Positions 61,501 to 64,000 of a stretch of 64,000 nucleotides of DNA are shown here, piece by piece. The notes below the pieces were generated by a model. The model saw nothing but the letters and a program-made list of their open reading frames with translations, was not told the origin of the DNA and did not search any database. Each line of letters starts with the position of its first letter. The stretch's first letter is position 1. Source of the stretch: the human T2T-CHM13v2.0 reference genome, Homo sapiens. The position numbers were made by a program, and so were the translations under genes. The DNA lies in the NCBI RefSeq assembly GCF_009914755.1, contig NC_060925.1; one strand, written 5' to 3'.

Positions 61501-62459
61501 GCTGGATGTCAGCAAAACGGCAGAGCAGGCAACTCCAAATATTTGTTGCACAAGAGCACTATTCACAATAGCCAAAAAGTGGAAATAGCCCAAGTATCCA
61601 TCAATAGATGAAAGCATAAACAAATTGTGGTGTATACATGCAGTAGATTATTCAGCCATAAAAAGAAATGAACTGATACATGGTACAATGTAGATGAATG
61701 TCCAAAACATGCAAAGGGACAGAAGCCAGACACAAAAGACCACATGTTGCATGATTCTATTGTGTGACTGTCTTAGTCTAATTTTTGCTAAACTAATACC
61801 TGAAACTGGGTAATCATAAAGAAAAGAGGTTTTTTTAAGCCCACAGTTACAGGCTGAGAAGCTTAAGTCATGGTTCTGCTTCTGGCAAGAGCTTTTGTGT
61901 TGCTCCACAACATGGCAGAGAGGGTCAAAGGGGAAGCAGACACATGAAAAGAGGGGAAACCTGGGGACATCCTTGCTTATAAAAACCCCTCCTGTTGGGA
62001 ACTAATCCATGAGTCTTGCAAAAGTTGAGAACTCAGTACTGCGAGAACAGCACCAAGCCATCATAAGGGGTCTGGCACCATAACAGACACCTCCCACTAG
62101 GCCCCTCGTGAATATATGACAATAATTCTGGCTGCAGAGGAGTCCCAACACTGTCATTCTGGCAATCAGATTTCAACATGAGCTTTGGTGTGATCAAACA
62201 AACCATATCCAAACCATAGCAGTGATACCTAGGAGAGAGAAATCCATAGGGACCAAACACAGGTTGGTGACTGATAGAGGTTAGGAGATCAGAGAATAGG
62301 AAGAAACTGCTGAATGAGTACAGAGTTTTACTCCGGAGCAGTGGAAATGTTTTGGAAGTAGGTAGAAATGGTGGTTACACAACATTGTAAATGTACTAAA
62401 TGCCACTGAATTGCTCAAATTAAAATGGTTAATTTTGCCTGATTAGGTTTTTTTTTAAT
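61501..62459 (+). mobile_element. L1MB-like element split by an MST LTR
   Basis: 'attcacaatagccaaaaagtggaaa...tgtaaatgtactaaatgccactgaattg'; TSD ggaatgag (61493-61500 / 62460-62467). Confidence 0.8.
61769..62221 (-). mobile_element. MST-family MaLR solo LTR
   Basis: tgtcttagtc...atccaaaccatagca; 5-bp TSD gtgac/gtgat. Confidence 0.88.
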
Positions 62460-62569
62460 GGAATGAGAACTGTTGGGCTAGATGATCATTGAGGGCCATT
62501 TCAGCTCTAAAATTGTGTATATATGATTCCATGAAATAAATATATTTTTAAAGTGTAATAAATTCCAAG

Positions 62570-62960
62570 GGAAACATAAAGAAGGTGCTCTGAGTGTTCA
62601 AATGAAGAGTTGTGGACATAAAGGAAAGCTTCATGAAGAAGGAGGCATTTGCAGCAGGTTCTGAAGGACAGGAAAAGTTCTCCATGGAGATAGCAGGAGA
62701 GCTTCCTGCAACGATATGGAGACAAGAACTTGTGGAGGAGATGTTGGCAGGAGAATTAGGTCCATGCAGGGGATGGGGATCCAAGGCTGAAAATGTGGGT
62801 CAGCAATATACCAAGGAAGAACTTTAATAACAGGGTATAAATTTTCAAACTTTATTTGGATTCAAAGAAATGGTCTGTAAAGGTTTTGGAGTAAACAAGC
62901 TATATAATTGGAATTCTACGTTTCTGTGGTGGTATCAGAGCATAAGATGAAAGCCGTAGA
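62570..62960 (-). mobile_element. L2 fragment
   Basis: 'ggaaagcttcatgaagaaggaggcatttg...aggttttggag'. Confidence 0.65.
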
Positions 62961-62961
62961 G

Positions 62962-63220
62962 AGGGCACACAGCAGTGTGTTTAAGGGTAAGGATTCTGAA
63001 GCCACATCGCCTGAATGTGAATCCCAGCTCTGCCATACTCAAGTCCAGTGAACTTGGGCAGGTTACTTAACTTCTTCTTACCTCAGTTTCATCATCTGTA
63101 AAATAAAAACAATACTCACCTCATAGAATTGTTGTGAGGATTAAATAAATTAATACAAGTAAAGTGCTTAGAATAACACATAAAGCAGAATAAATGCTTA
63201 ATACATGTTAGCTGCTATTT
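62962..63220 (+). mobile_element. Near full-length MIR
   Basis: 'aatcccagctctgcca...cttgggcaggttacttaac...cctcagtttcatcatctgtaaaat...aaagtgcttagaa'. Confidence 0.92.
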
Positions 63221-63457
63221 ACTGAAGAATAAAGAAATGTGTGTTTGGAAAATAATGGACATAGTGGCAAGAATCAGACCTGCTGGGTTACTATTCTATG
63301 TTGTGAGTGAAGAAATACTTTGTGTGAAGTCAGTGGTACATTGAACTTAGGAGAATGCATTTTTAAACAGAATGTTTAAGCAACAGTAAATGTTGGACAA
63401 ATAAGCTTTGGAAATTTATTGGGGCATGAGTAAGAGAACACTAACTGGAAATAGATA

Positions 63458-63528
63458 AGAGAAGAATATTATCAGGATGATGGTCTTTGAAAGAGAGAAG
63501 AATATTATTAGGATGATGACCTTTAAAG
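63458..63528. repeat. 36-bp tandem duplication
   Basis: agagaagaatattatcaggatgatggtctttgaaag, two diverged copies. Confidence 0.9.
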
Positions 63529-63879
63529 GTGTCCTCAGGTGACCTGGGGAACTTTCACATGCCCAAATTTCTCACGAGTATATGGCAATAACTCTGGCTG
63601 CAGAGAAGTCATTACTTCGAAATGGGTACCTCAGTACAAAAATTTAGAGGAAAACCACATGGGGTGAAGCAAGGTCTGGAAAGAAGCTGTTGCATTGGTT
63701 GGGAAACCTATTTATATCAGCAAGACTGACTTAGTGTTTGAACTGAAAGGAGCTGAGCTGATGTTGAGGTCAACTTCCGAATTCAGAGAGGAGGCAACAC
63801 CTGAGGTCACATCATGGGAGGCACCAGCTGCTGATATTGACTGCTTAAGGTTCTTCAGTAAATTCACCCCCCAAGCAAG

Positions 63880-64000
63880 AATTCAAGCTCTTTGCATCAG
63901 TCGACAAATCTATTGTACACCTTTTATGTGCCAAGTGATGTAGTTTCCAGGTATGCAGTGAGTAAAAAAGAAAAAAAAAGACAAACAATCCCTGACTTTG
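63880..64000 (-). mobile_element. L2 3' end
   Basis: 'acaaatctattgtacaccttttatgtgccaag...gcagtgag...agacaaacaatccctgac'. Confidence 0.65.

Overview
This is hominid (very likely human) genomic DNA, either intergenic or deep intronic. No host protein-coding exon, RNA gene or CpG-island promoter could be recognised. Most of the window is layered transposable elements. The main ones are a full-length L1PA16-like element (10.4-24.7 kb) swollen by a nested L1PA6-like copy, a twin-primed L1PA2 and three Alus; a full-length but dead L1PA3 on the minus strand (37.5-43.5 kb) that carries the 5'UTR ZNF93-site deletion; and a 5'-truncated L1PA2 (44.6-47.4 kb) that keeps a 647-aa RT-containing ORF. There is also an old ERV1 env remnant with its LTR, plus many MaLR LTRs, MIR/L2 copies and hAT/Tigger fossils. 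All long ORFs are L1-derived. I found no convincing new gene system. The observations most worth follow-up are mechanistic: (i) a microhomology-linked serial template-switch insertion at 34.0-34.35 kb that also assembles a candidate cassette exon; (ii) three non-consensus transversions shared by the neighbouring inverted L1PA3/L1PA2 pair, suggesting gene conversion; (iii) an L1 antisense promoter aimed at an RT-only ORF; (iv) a 346-codon chimeric ORF created by twin priming; (v) a second 40-bp templated insertion at 62.1 kb. Subfamily names were assigned by eye from recalled consensus diagnostics and need RepeatMasker/Dfam confirmation. Boundaries of old elements are approximate.
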